The notes under the pieces: model-generated | Told to the model about the DNA's origin: nothing | The model's input: only the letters and a program-made list of their open reading frames with translations | Database searches by the model: none | Source of the DNA: Octopus sinensis | Taxonomy: Eukaryota | DNA length: 64,000 nucleotides | Reading direction: 5' to 3' | NCBI RefSeq assembly: GCF_006345805.1 | Contig: NC_043002.1 | Span: 31,806,001 to 31,870,000 of the forward strand | In this document: one piece after another, positions 1 to 13,587 of the stretch | How the letters are laid out: each line of letters opens with the position of its first letter | Position numbering within the stretch: the first letter of the stretch is position 1 | Made by a program: the position numbers and the translations under genes

Positions 1-46
1 TTATTATTATTATTATTATATTATTATTATTATTATTATTATTATT

Positions 47-260
47 AAGGCGGCGAGTTGGCAGAATCGTTAGCATACTGGACGAAATTCTTAGCGGCAT
101 TTCGCCTGTCGCTACGTTATAAGTTCAAATTCCGCCGATGTCGACTTTACCTTTCATCATTTCGGGTTCGATAAATTGAGTACCAGTTGAGTAGTGAGGA
201 CAATGTTATTGACTATCCCCCTCCCCTAAATTTCAGGCATGGAGCCTATAATAGAAAGGA
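47..260 (+). mobile_element. tRNA-derived SINE, family A (tail variant 2)
   Basis: Head AAGGCGGCGAGTTGGCAGAATCGTTAGC, B-box-like GTTCAAATTCC and core GTCGACTTT(G/A)CCTTTCATC, shared with many copies in the window; follows (TTA)n. Confidence 0.85.
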
Positions 261-384
261 CTTGATGTGGACAACAGGAGATCTGATAGCAAAGGCGGAG
301 GTATTGTGTTCAGTCGTGTTCGTTTGTTTGTTTATCCGAGGACAAGATATCTCAAGAACCGCTGGACGGATTAGGATGAAACTT

Positions 385-1330
385 TCAAGGATGCATCCCA
401 CAGGATTTTGGAATTCTCATTTTTGGTATCTCCTTCTGGAGTTTTCGCATTCCACGTCTTTGCTCCTTGTAGGATGTGATTTCCATAAAGCTCCTTATGA
501 CCCATTCTTGTCACAATGTCATGGCGTCTTTTGTATTCGCGTTGTGCCAATTTCGCGCATTCACTAACGATGTGCCATACTATTTCATCCCTCTCATCAC
601 ACATTCTGCATTTGTCACTATCGGTAGTGTTGTCTATTCTGCCCTTCATACAGTTGGTCCTTACCGTTTGTTCCTGAGTTGTGCATATGAGTGCTTCTGT
701 CTCTGTCTTCAGGTCCCTATTCCTCATCCATAGCCACCGGTCCTTCGTATGTGTCCTGGCGTTCACATCTCTTGCAAATTGACCGTACATTTTCTTTTCC
801 ATCCATGCTTTTTTTTTTCATTTCTTATTAAAATTTTTCTTTCGTTGCACAATTTTTAATTTTGATGACACCGGCTTTCATCATATGTTTCAACAGTGGC
901 TCTACGATATGTTTTATATACCACACTAAGCTGTTTTCCATTGCTTCGATACAGTCCTGGCAACTGACCAAACCTCTCCAACTCTATCTTCTAGACAGGT
1001 ATAGCCTATCGGTGTTTTTCTTAGGGTGGAAGAATCCGTGTACTGTCAACATTTTTTTCTGGTCTTGGTACCCATTTTCTTCATTTCTCTCTTTTGCCGT
1101 TTTATATTTCCAGCTCCATACCGAAGTGATGCCCATGTATTAACTGCTTGAATTTTATTCCATCCAATCAATTTTCAGCGCAACACCAACCTCAGTCTTC
1201 AGACATACTCCATCCTCAGTTGCTCTTTCATTTCTTTTTCCATTATCTCGTTGAAATCTTGTACACCAAGGTATTTGTATCTTTCCGTTTCAGTTTGTAA
1301 TTTAAAATGCCTCACTTGCGCTAAATATGT
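385..1330 (-). mobile_element. Degraded R4/Dong-clade (RLE-type) non-LTR retrotransposon fragment: RT C-terminus to CCHC knuckle
   Basis: ORF 371-802 has WLW..DLKTETEALI..QEQ, CRMC...HIVSEC (CCHC), YKRRHD and KILWD; ORF 1199-1414 has the RT motif YKYLG; frame disrupted. Confidence 0.85.
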
Positions 1331-1965
1331 GAGTTCGCCTGCAAATATCCTTGATAATTTTATATATCTGCGCTTGAAGTGATATACCATTATTCTCTGA
1401 CTGTCAGAATTCACTGTTCAAGTATTAAGAAACTAGAATGGAACGACTGACTGGAAGATTTTTTCGAGCTCTCGGTTCATAGATTCTTTACAGAATCGGC
1501 AAAGATATAGAAATTACATGTGGGTGAACCTTGGGTGAATATTTAAGAAGGGTTTTAACATCTGTATAGTACTGGATGATGTTACAGGTATTGTGATTTG
1601 ATACGACACCACCAATCCAAGTAATAAGAGATGAATGGAAACCACGGATTTTGTATATTATATAGACAAACGAGATATCGTTAAATACCAAACGAGTTTC
1701 TTCTATTGCCATTATTTCTCCATGTAAAAATGAGATAGTCATACTGATGATATTGGATGTGATATTTTATAAATTTTGTGTACGAATCTACTGCCTATGC
1801 ATTCGATATCGTACTGAAACGCAACACTAACTTCCGTGTCACTGAATTTCATCTGGCAGGTGTAAATATATACCGAATCATCTCGTCTTTTTATTCACGG
1901 TTTGATTCCCTAAACACTAGCATAACTGTGCAACCTTTTATAGGTCGGTACGCAGTGATTTTAAG

Positions 1966-2012
1966 GAATTTCAACTCCCAATTCTATCAGAATTTCAACT
2001 CCCAATTCTATC
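1966..2012. repeat. Local tandem duplication of about 24 bp
   Basis: GAATTTCAACTCCCAATTCTATC repeated twice. Confidence 0.9.
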
Positions 2013-2161
2013 CCACGTCGATAGTATAGAGACAAGTAAACAGATTGCAGACTAGTCAAATATACACACAGAGAACGTACTTCAATTAATGTAGCCAGTC
2101 CTCTTAAACCCACCTCTAAAACTAGTGTAGCTACTTATATTATTAACACGGCTATTAAAAA

Positions 2162-2162
2162 T

Positions 2163-2207
<45 letters not shown>

Positions 2208-2289
2208 TACTATTGCTACTGCTACTATTGCTGCTACTACTCTGCTACTGCTGCTGCTACTACTACAACAACTACTACTGTTGCTACTG

Positions 2290-2340
<51 letters not shown>

Positions 2341-2349
2341 GTACTACTA
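2162..2349. repeat. (CTA)n/(CTG)n microsatellite
   Basis: Direct reading. Confidence 0.95.
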
Positions 2350-2354
2350 AAGAA

Positions 2355-2889
2355 GCACTCCGTCAGTTACGGCGACGAGGGTCACTGCTGATACGATCAA
2401 CGGAACAGAAATTAACTTGCAAGTGACTGAGCAATCCAAAGACACGCGTACCCCTAATATATTTCTTAGGTTAGATTCAGCGTGACACATTGAGACAAGG
2501 TCGGTCCTTTTAAATACAGGTATAACTCATTTTTGCCAGTTGTGTGGATTGGAGCAACGTGAAATAAAGTGTCTTGCTCAAGGACACGTCGCGTCACCGG
2601 GAATTTAACTCACGACTTTATAGCGTGAGTGAAATGCCATAACCTATTTCTTTACTACCCACGAGGGGCTAAACATAGAGAGGATAAACAAGGACAGATA
2701 AACGGATTAAGTCGATTATATCGACGCCAGTGCGTAACTGGTACTTATTTAATCGACCCCAAAAGGATGAAAGGCAAAGTCGACCTCGGCGGAATTTGAA
2801 CTCAGAACGTAGCGGCAGACGAAATACCGCTAAGCATTTCGCCCGGCGTGCTAACGATACTGCCAGTTCACCGCCTAAGACACGCGCCT

Positions 2890-2890
<1 letters not shown>
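2355..2890 (-). mobile_element. tRNA-derived SINE family B, interrupted by a family A SINE
   Basis: Matches copies at 5278 and 5588 (CACTCCGTCAGTTACG...GTGTCTTGCTCAAGGACAC); head resumes as TAAGACACGCGCCT after the nested insert. Confidence 0.8.
2644..2877 (-). mobile_element. SINE family A (tail variant 1) nested in family B head
   Basis: Reverse complement closely matches 19986-20217. Confidence 0.9.
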
Positions 2891-2939
<49 letters not shown>

Positions 2940-2940
2940 A

Positions 2941-2978
<38 letters not shown>

Positions 2979-3008
2979 TACTATAAAATGATATAAAATA
3001 CATACCAG

Positions 3009-3368
3009 GCTTGCTTACAAGCCATATGGTGCCGGGTTCAGTTCCACTTCGTGGCACTTTGGGCAAGTGTCTCCTACTATAGCCTCGGGCCGACCAAAGC
3101 ATTGTGAGTGGATTTGGTAGGCAGAAACTGAAAGAAGCCAGTCGTATATATTTATATATATATGTGTGTGTGTATGTTAGTATGTCTGTGTTTGTCCCCA
3201 ACAACGCCTGACAACAGATGCTGGTGTGTTTACGTCCCCGTAGCCTAGCGGTTCGGCCAAAGAGATCGATAGGATAAGAACTAGGCTTACAAAGAATTTG
3301 CTCGACTAAAGGCAGTGCTCCAGCATGGCCACAGTCAAATTACTGAAACAAGTAAAAGAGTAAAGAGC
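3009..3368 (+). mobile_element. tRNA-derived SINE family C (5' truncated) with CR1-like 3' tail
   Basis: GGGTTCAGTTCC B-box, GGGCAAGTGTC core, internal (TA/TG)n, tail GGCAGTGCTCCAGCATGGCCACAG; matches 49728 and 52085. Confidence 0.9.
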
Positions 3369-4054
3369 AATGAGTATATACTCACTCTTTTATATTCCTA
3401 CCTTATAGCAATATTTCCCACATTCTCTCTTACTTTTTGTGTATTTTCTCACGCACAGCCACACGTGCAGGTACACACGTAACAACATACACAGAGATAC
3501 ACGCACAAGCACATATATACACACACATGCACACGAAAAAAATCATAAACGCAGACGCATGACTAATTACGCACATGTACACACATATACATACACATAG
3601 CCCAACACATCTGAACTCGCTCATGTACACAGAATCATGTACAAAGACACATGTATAGTCACACGCGCACACGCAAACACCCACCACACAAACACACACA
3701 CACGGGCGCGCATTAGCTTTATCTTTCCATCAACATCTTCGCATCAATAGTAATTTTTTTCCTTGCTCTCTTGCCAAGTCACACACAGACACACACTCTC
3801 TCTTTCTTTCTCTCTCTCTCCCACCATATTGGTCTTTCAGAATTAATTTCTCAATATATCACATTCTTTCACTTTCGCATCATTACGAGATCACCCACTC
3901 CTTCCACTACATTTGATCCTCACCCCTATATCCCTTACCATCTTATTCATTTTCTCATTTTTACTCATCTCTTTCTCATATCTTTTACGCACATCACAAG
4001 CAAACACCTCCTTCTGGTCTGTCTCTTTCTCTGTCACTAACTCTGTGTCACCCT

Positions 4055-4085
<31 letters not shown>

Positions 4086-5277
4086 GTATATATATATATA
4101 TATGTATATACATACATACTCACACATATATAGATATGTATATATACATGTACACACATACACACACACACACGCGCACACACACAACACACACACATAT
4201 ATATATATATAAGTAGATGTTTTCTTAGAACACAGAATACTGCGTTATTGGCAGTGAGTGACCATCGCGTTAGCACTTTTGGTGCATAGGAGCACTCACG
4301 CTTATATCGCTGGTGGGTGACAATCGTTCACTGCGGCAGGCAGAACCTCTAGATCACGTGATTTCATCTTTACTTGGGCTTTTTAATGGCAGACGTCTGG
4401 TTATACACAGCAGAGAAATTCCCCCCGCCAATAACATATACAATTTTAAAGTTTTCCCAGACACCGGTGCTGCAAATAGTCAGTTGGTTTATTAAAAAAA
4501 TTAAAAGCAGCAGAAGCAATATTGGTACCAAAATATAATATAAATCTGCCACTAAAAGTGGATGTTTTGTTCGAATACCGTATTCTATGTTATTTACCAT
4601 GAGAAGACCTCTCGTATGGATTTTTGGTGCGACTGCTTATATGCTCACGAAGGACAACATAATGATTAACATCAAATACGAAACCTGTGTTCCTGTTACG
4701 AATTTTCTAACAACATTGACTAAGAATATTCTTTCACCACCCCACAAGCACGCGCCAGTAACCTAAATGTGAAAGCCACTATACAGTCGCTCTGCCTCCT
4801 TGAAACAGCAGCCGAAGAGCCTCCAAATCACAGACCTCTCTCTTTTAAAATACAGAGTGTAGGTTAAATAATATAGATACCGTATATAAATTGATTGGGT
4901 GATCATAGCTTGAACATTTTCGATTCGAATTCGAGATTGATTACAACAACGAAATACACAGCAATAAATACTATTTAACTACCACTATCTCTACTATAAC
5001 CGTTGAAATCACGACTTTAGTTACTCCAAACACTACAAACAGCATCTAAAAACCACTAACAATAAAGCTACCTTTACAACAAAAACCACCGCTTCCACTG
5101 TCATCAAATAACCGCTATAAGCAAATCTTCTGCATCTGTTCAACAGAACTACGGCCATCAAAATCACATATTTCACATAAATTATCATTACAACACATGG
5201 TACTACGTCTGATACCACTGCACTAAGACCCAACTACTACTACTAACACGAGCAACAAAAAAAAGAAAAAGAAAATT

Positions 5278-5905
5278 CGCACTCCGTCAGTTACGACGAT
5301 GATTGCTCCAGTTGATCCGATCAACATAACAGCGTGCTCATAAAATTAACGTGCAAATGGCTGAGTACTACACAGATACGCGTACAATTAACGTGTTTCT
5401 CAGGGAAACGCAGAATGCGACAGAGCCGGCTCTTTGAAATACAAGCACTATTCATTTTTGCCAGCTGAGTGACTAGAGTAAGATGAAATAAAGTATCTTG
5501 CTCAAGGAGATAATGCGCTACTGAGACAGAAACTCATGAACCTGTGCCGAATACCTAGCTACAAAGCCACGTGCCTTAAAAAAAACCGGCACTCTGTCCA
5601 TTACGTTGACGAAGGTGGCAGTTGATCCGATCAACGGAACAGCCTGCTCATGAAATTAATGTGAAAGTTTGCTGAACACTCCACAGACACGTACACTTAA
5701 GGGAGTTCTCGGGGAGATTCAACATGGCACTGATTGTGACAAGGATGGCCCTCTGAAATACAGATAGAACTCCTTTTTGCCAGCCGAGTAGACTGGAGTA
5801 ACGTAAAATATAGTGTCTTGCTCAAGGACACAAGATGCTTCTGGCAATTGATCTCACGACCTTAAGACCGTGAGTCATATACTATAGCCCCTAAACCATG
5901 TGATG
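5278..5905 (-). mobile_element. Two tandem SINE family B copies (5278-5577, 5588-5905)
   Basis: Both align with 2355-2643 (GTTGATCCGATCAAC, TTTTTGCCAGC, TCTTGCTCAAGGA). Confidence 0.85.
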
Positions 5906-6054
5906 TCACACAACACGAGCACAATTAACACGAGCATAACGACTACTGCTACCACCACGTCCAATATAATTACTGTTGTCAACACTACCACAATAATCAA
6001 TACCACCACCACCATCATCACCGAAACTGCAACTCGTAAAACTACTAATATGAA

Positions 6055-6675
6055 TATTCTTTTCCACTCTAGGTACAAGACCCTACGTTTTGGGAGAGTG
6101 TGGGGCAGTCGATTAGATCGACCCCAGTATGCAACTGGTACTTAATTTATCGACCCCGAAAGGATGAAAAGCAAAGTCGACCCCGGCAGAATTTTAACTC
6201 AGAACGTAACGGCAGACGAAATACCGCTAAACATTTCGCCCGGCGAGCTAACCTTTCTTATTTCTTTATTGCCCACGAGGGGCTAAACATAAAGGGGACA
6301 AACAAGGACAGACAAACGGATTAAGTCGATCACATCGACTCCAGTGCATAACTGGTACTTAATTTATCAACCCCGAGAGGATGAAAGGCAAAGTCGACCT
6401 CGGTGGAATTTGAACTCAGAACGTAACGGCAGACGAAATACCTATTTCTTTACTACCCACAAGGGGCTAAACACAGAGAAGACAAACAAGGACAGACAAA
6501 CGGATTAAGTCGATTATATCGTTCTCAGTGCGTAACTGGTACTTATTTAATCGACCCCGAAAGGATGAAAGGCAAAGTCGACCTCGGCGGAATTTGGACT
6601 CAGAACGTAACGGCAGACGAAATACGGCAAAGCATTTCGCCCGGCGTACTAACATTTCTGCCAGCTCACCACCTT
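6055..6675 (-). mobile_element. Head-to-tail trimer of SINE family A
   Basis: Three copies of GGATGAAA(G/A)GCAAAGTCGACC...AACTCAGAACGTAACGGCAGACGAAATAC. Confidence 0.9.
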
Positions 6676-6988
6676 TACTACTATGAATATAGTCAAGAGC
6701 GCTATGACCACCATCGCTACTACCTCAAAGACTACCATCAATACTGCTATTCTACCACAGTAACAATATGTCCTAAACTATTAACATCCCAAATACAACC
6801 ATCACCACAATGCCAGTCACATCTAGAATAAAAATAAGCATATTCAAGAAATAGGTTGAACCAAATATATTTCAATCTTAGTTGATACTAACGCCCCCGA
6901 CTTCACCTCTGTACTGGCTACTATTCTGACTACTACTGTAGAACAGTAGACGACAAAACTGCTGAATGCGCACGCACACACGTATACA

Positions 6989-7020
<32 letters not shown>

Positions 7021-7574
7021 TGCAGAAACACAGAGATACACATATATACACGTACACGCACACACAAATGCATGCACCTACACACAGGTACACACGCACA
7101 CCCACCTACAAATACATGCATTTACATATTCACAAACACACACACATATATATGTATATATAAACTCACGCACACACAAAAATACACATATAAAATTGTG
7201 CAAGAACAAACGTATACATACAAATATGTATGCATGCATATATACATACATATAGAATATTCACATAAACACATACACTGACACAGAGGAGCACATTATA
7301 CCCCCTACCGACGTTTCATTGACTCTCTACTCTACACTTAGTTACACATTCTTCCCATCTCACTTCCGTCCCCTTCCCCCCCCACGTTATTACACCTATC
7401 TTCTTCTTCTTCTTCTTCTTCTTCTTCTTCCTGTCCTTCTCCGCCCTTTAGCAGTCTCCCCAATTCTCTGCCCTCACCCCACCTCATACAATCTCATCTA
7501 TCCTCTCACGTTTATACTCCAACTCAAAGTCTCTCTTTTTCCCTCTATCTCTCTATCCCTCCATCTCTCCTTTC

Positions 7575-7621
<47 letters not shown>

Positions 7622-8255
7622 CCCTCGTCTCTCATTTTCTTTTCTTTTACATCTTTACTTCTACAAGAAGAAAATGATTAATGACAAAAGAAATTGATAG
7701 AGACGTGATCGTAAATATATTTCGATTTTAACGATTTCCTAAACAAGAACCAGGAACCAACCGTTTCGAAATTAATCATCGCATTTCTCCGACTGTCTCC
7801 AGTATCTCAAAGTGTACTGTTCTGAGCAATTTAGATTCCATTCAGTTTGATGTGGGACGTTGGGGAGTTACTTTGTCAAATCAGATATGAAATATATTTT
7901 AAGCAGCAAATTGCAGCCAACTCGAATAAAACTTCTTAGAGAAAATATATTTACCAAACGACAGTAACGAAGTAGAATGGATTCAAATTCTTAGATAGAT
8001 TGTGTCATGAACAGGAAGTCGTTATTTTTCTCGTTTCCTTTGTCTTGGCCTCGTTTCTTTGTAGGTGAGAATATGTTGATATGTTGGTATTTTTAAATTC
8101 TTGTATAAAAATACTAATAATGAATGAAGAAACAGAATAAAATAAGTCTTGGCCAAGGCTGATATCCCATTATTCGAATGTATATGTTGATGACTTATTT
8201 TGATTAAATGCAAATCATATATATGTATTTAAATATGTATATATACCTATATATG

Positions 8256-8365
<110 letters not shown>

Positions 8366-8689
8366 TAGATATATATGTAAGCAGAGTTAGCGGTTGTAAT
8401 ATCGATTAAGGGATAAAATATCCGTATACACTATCGGTATCCGTTACTCATGTTATATCTGGACATGGGCATGCAGGCACACTATGCTCGTAGAGTACAG
8501 GTAATTATCCGTAAAAATTGTTTATTGCCCCCTAGACCAATACTAGTTCATTCTCTTACCTATCGATTTCGTACCCCTATGATGGTAGATTATATGCTTT
8601 TAATATTTTTGACTTCTAGACTTATTTTCTAGACCATGATTTCTTTCCTATTGCTTCTTACTTTTGCTTATTTTGGATGCTTTTATTTT

Positions 8690-8801
8690 ACTCTGATGAA
8701 GCTCCGTGCCCCTGTTCGAATGTCCTATGAAGATGAAGAATTTTATTTCAGTAATTATTTATAGGCATTGATCAGCACCGGATGCGGAAACGGCCGTAAG
8801 A
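8690..8801 (+). ncRNA. Degenerate type-I hammerhead ribozyme with long stem II, within a putative PLE-derived insert (about 8380-8900)
   Basis: CTGATGA 8693-8699; stem II GCTCCGTGC/GCACCGGATGC with bulges; GAAA 8787-8790; palindromic stem III ACGGCCGT; GTA triplet; stem I only 2 bp. Confidence 0.6.
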
Positions 8802-10695
8802 TTTATTATGTTATGTAATCTAAAACTAGATCCGTCTATAGAACCCAGCGCGCTTAATTCCGGGGCTTAATTCTTATCTCTGGTAAAGCACATTTTTCTT
8901 ATGTAGACAAAACAACTAAATTCAGTAGACATAACTACTACATCAACAATAAAGCATTAAAAATTTCATGTGAGAATTCTATTTTCCACGAAGTTCATAC
9001 AGTAATATAGCCATTGAATTACTGAGGTCGATCTAATCGGTAATAGCCGCGAAATAATGTAACCTTGTAAGTATTCGGGAAGTCCTCATTGAAAAGTTTT
9101 AACAAAAGTTTGGTTATACAACTTGAAAATAGAGAATATAATGCTAGAAACATTAGTTTTGTTTTATAAAAATCTGAATAAATAAACATTGTATGATTCC
9201 TCTCAACTAACTAAAAGATATAAATAAACATAAATTTTAATTTCTGTGATAATCTTACCTTGAAAGTGACTCAAATACTTGGAAAAGAACTGTCAGTGAC
9301 CAGGTCATTGTTGTTCGACGTACATTTTCTTACCGTAAAACGTAAATGAAAAGCTAATTTAATCTTTCATGCGTATTTAAATGGCAAGAATGGATCTTCT
9401 ACGATATAATGGTAATTTTCATGTGAAAGTAATTGAAACTTGTAAAACAAAACTAGAATTTAGCAGACATTGCATTAGTCTGTAAGATACAGGATTTGTT
9501 TCCATTTTTAAAATTTTCATAATTCTTTTCTTTTGTCATCTGACCTTGGCCCCACTGGCCTAATAACATTATAAGTGCATAAACCTTGAAATGATTATAT
9601 ATTTTATTAATTTGATAAGAGTTGAAGCATAAAGTTCACTTGGGATATAACAGAATGATATCTGGCTTTAACCGATGGAACATAATAGTGTGTATGGCAC
9701 CGACTGTACCACACAGACTAGCACCTATACCTACACAGACACATATATACATACATATAAATGTGTATGTATTGTTTTCATTTTTCAGTACAAAATTATA
9801 AATGATTAAGAATACCGCTGCCCAAGTGTATACGGTTTCATATATGAGCATTCCTGTTCAAGGTAAATATTTCCAACGTTTATTTCGCTCAGTCAATCTT
9901 TCTGTGACTGAACTCACACACCAGCTAACTCTAAGGAAGGTCCTTTTTTGAAGTGGTCACCTTGTCATTTTCATGAGACTGGTAGTGTCTTCGATGAAGT
10001 TAGCCCTTTTCGACAAGTGTTTCTGCTTTAAAGTCGTTTGAAGTACGATTTAGAGTTTCTCTCTAGAGAGCAACACTGAATTATTCATCACCCTGTCTCC
10101 ATTCCAGCAAGAAATAAGAGCTCATCTCAGCTGGCAACCATATATCAAATTTGCACCTAGTCAAATATAAAGTAGGGTAATCTGTGAATAGCTACTGGAA
10201 AGAAAAGTCAATCACTTTACTAATCAAATACCCGAAACATGTCACCAGACACAGGACCAAACACGTCACAAAATACATGACCAACCCCGTCACTAGATAC
10301 ATGATGACCTACGTGATTTACTGTTGGCCAGATCAATCAAATGATACATGATTAGAGAAAACGTGTACTATCGAGAAATTTCCGAAACTTGAACTGCCGG
10401 TGCTTGTAAAAATATATAAAAGTATGCAATGATAATAACGCTACTAACCACGCAAAAATTCCCTTGTCCAGTAAAGTTACTATCTAAACGAAAAATGAAA
10501 AGTACCCCTATGCATACAACTATAATGTTCAACACCCCAGTTCCTTATTTCTAACTTCTGGAAGATTATGACTTGCTTTTTATAAATCGCACGAAAACAT
10601 TTGGTATCAAAAATAATCTAGTCTACTCACCACGATGTAAGAACAGTTTCTGCATACTTCTAACATATACAGCTCGCTCACTCGTGATCACACAC

Positions 10696-10740
<45 letters not shown>

Positions 10741-10826
10741 CATATGTGTGAGCCTGAGTGAGCGAGCTGTAATACTTGTTTAAGTTGTAGGACAAATATA
10801 CGTAAACAGACACGTGTATTTGGAAA

Positions 10827-11062
10827 TATGAGGTTGGCCAAAAGTCGCCTGACAGTAAATCTAAACCATGTAATCCGAAGATTTATTTATGTTTATCAAT
10901 CGAATGAATTTAATAAAAGCGTCTAAATATGAAACATCATGGAAATTGTTCTAAAGGAAGTCCTTTTTGAGCGACACTATTTTTCTAAATGAACAAATGT
11001 AATTGAATATTAAGTATCTATGGAATTTATTTACTGTCGGGTGACTTTTGACCACGCCTGTA
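10827..11062. mobile_element. MITE, Tc1/mariner-type
   Basis: About 32-bp imperfect TIRs (GGCCAAAAGTCGCCTGACAGTAAAT / ATTTACTGTCGGGTGACTTTTGACC), TA at both ends, non-coding interior. Confidence 0.75.
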
Positions 11063-12029
11063 TAGGCTTGTAGCTGTACTCATTGTATATGTGCATGTTT
11101 ACTAATGGTGTGAACCTTAGTATGACAAACTGAAGACCATTTTACGGTACATCACTAAGCACCGCTGTTCATTAAAGTTTTAATAACCAATGGGACAAAT
11201 TTCTAATGTTGACACAAAATTTAACTTTATATAATCGATAGTATTTTTGCCATTTTCAGCACCATTTGTTTTTACTTTATTTTATTTCTACCCCTAAGCC
11301 TGTCGATTAATTTCTATTTTACAATCACAAGATATTTGGCAGCTTTCTAAAGTGTCTGGCCAACGTTCAAGTAAATATTTCTTCATCACCGATTCCATTT
11401 TGAAATCTTTATTTTCGCATTAATATATTCGTGGTATCAACAATTCTACAAGTCTTCCATCAACAAATGATGAATTTGACCTTATATATGTTCTGTCATA
11501 CATATACTGGTCAAATGTTTGCGTTGCTCAGAGTGGTAAATTATGTGATTGTCGTTTTAATAAGCTCAATCGAATTGAAAGCAATAGATTATATACTACG
11601 TGGATTATAATCTCTACGCATGCTGATTCTCTAGCCGTACATCACATTCGCAGAGCAAATGTTTTAAGTACCAGTACAATTGATGCTAATTTAAGAATCG
11701 TTTATCATTAAAACGGTTGTCGAAATCCGACAGCCATGTTATAATTTATAGGTGTCATTGGATCAACTACTACACTTTTGTACTATTTTGGAAGTTAATG
11801 CATTATGGAAGTGTCGACATTGTTTCACAAACAAAGTACAGTATTTATAGACTATATTTATATCGATAAACTGAGTCACATAAATATATATATGTGATTT
11901 AACCCGGTTATTCCTTGTTACACTGGATATAAACAACGTTTATCTCAGCGTGTAAAATCATATAAAAGTGTAAGTGATTGTGTGTGTGTTCGTCAGTGTG
12001 TGTATGGGCATGTTTGTGCGTTCGCGCGT

Positions 12030-12730
12030 ATCTGCTTTAAATTTCTTTTCTACGGCAAATTTTACCAGTATATCACCGGAGTGGCCATGGGAACTAGCAT
12101 GGTCCCGAGTTACGCTAAACCGTTTTTCGTTGACTACGTTGAATCTCAAATCTTTTTCAATTGCAGTGGTCCCACACCTGAAGTGTATGGTATATACATC
12201 GATGATTGCATTAGAGTTACCGTACTCCTTCATATTCAACGCATAATCTTCATTAAGGTCATCATTCTTCCTCCCAAGCCATTGAATTCACTTATACAAT
12301 CTGCTCCTCATTTCTCAATTTTCTTGATTGATAATCCAATCTCATCGTTCATAATCCAATCTCACTTTCGCCATGTCCCCTCTGTGTAAACCAACCGACT
12401 CTCACATTCATTCAGCTCAACTTACCCTCTTCCCACACGAAACTCTCTAAATTTTTCCTTCTTTACTCCAGATTACTATTCCTTCGCTTGGATACTATTC
12501 GTAATTCATTATCACTATTCCTTCGCAGTTTATGTTGCCATCGGCACGATACGTTTGTGACCCAGTCTCACGTGACGGTTCTCCAATTTATGTGTCGATT
12601 TTAGCCCCAGACCACTCACGCTGATTGCATCTCCGGATTCACGCCTCACACCAACCCCCATAGCAACTTGAACTTAACCCTCACTTTTTACCCTATTAAC
12701 ATATCTCTTCAACAGTCCAGCTTGCACAAA
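12030..12730 (+). mobile_element. Penelope-like element reverse transcriptase remnant
   Basis: FYGKFYQYITGVAMGTSMVPSYA...YGIYIDD (PLE RT QxxGxAMG and YIDD motifs); downstream KPTDSH motif near 12390; frameshifted. Confidence 0.85.
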
Positions 12731-12739
12731 TCTAAGGAA

Positions 12740-12955
12740 ACAAACTAGCAGAATCATTAGCACGGCAAACAAGAATGCTTAGCCACATTTCGTCCGTGTT
12801 TTTTGAAATCTGAATACAAATCCCGTCGGGGTCGGCATTGCCATTCTTCCCTTTCGGGGTTCCATAAGATAACTACCAATTGAACATGGGTGTTGCTGTA
12901 ATCGACTAGTGACTCTCCCAAACGTTCAGGCCTCGTTTTCTACTGTAGAAAAGTT
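12740..12955 (+). mobile_element. Old SINE family A copy
   Basis: GCAGAATCATTAGCACGG...CCTTTCGGGGT...AATCGACTA; diverged. Confidence 0.65.
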
Positions 12956-13104
12956 ATTTCATTCAAATCTCACACCGCCCTACTAAATAACAAACATATA
13001 TTGGACAGTTGAATTTGACACCAACGATTCTAACAACATTTTCAGCAATAACAGCACCTTAGCATACAAGCAAAAATAATTCTTATACGAAAAACCGGAA
13101 ATAC

Positions 13105-13134
13105 ATTGAACACATACACACACATACACATACA

Positions 13135-13183
<49 letters not shown>

Positions 13184-13206
13184 GCATGTATGTATGTATG
13201 TATGTT

Positions 13207-13239
<33 letters not shown>

Positions 13240-13482
13240 ATATATACATATATATATATATGTATGTATGTATGTATATATGTATGTATATGCATCTGTC
13301 TGAGATGAAAAGCAAAATGGTAGTGATTCACAGAGAAACTCACATACATAATTACACACTCCTTAGGAGAATTATGTGTGTTTATATACATACGTAATAC
13401 ATACATGTGTTTAAATATATATATGTGTGTGCATGTATGTATGTCTGTATGTGTGTATATACATATATATATATATATATAC

Positions 13483-13577
<95 letters not shown>

Positions 13578-13587
13578 CATACATACA
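13105..13587. repeat. Compound (TA)n/(TACA)n microsatellite block
   Basis: Direct reading; source of spurious YI/HT ORFs. Confidence 0.95.

Noticed and set aside
9255-9340. Minus-strand exon MTWSLTVLFQVFESLS with donor AAG|GTAAGA
   Set aside because: Single short candidate with no partner exon or homology; such donors occur by chance
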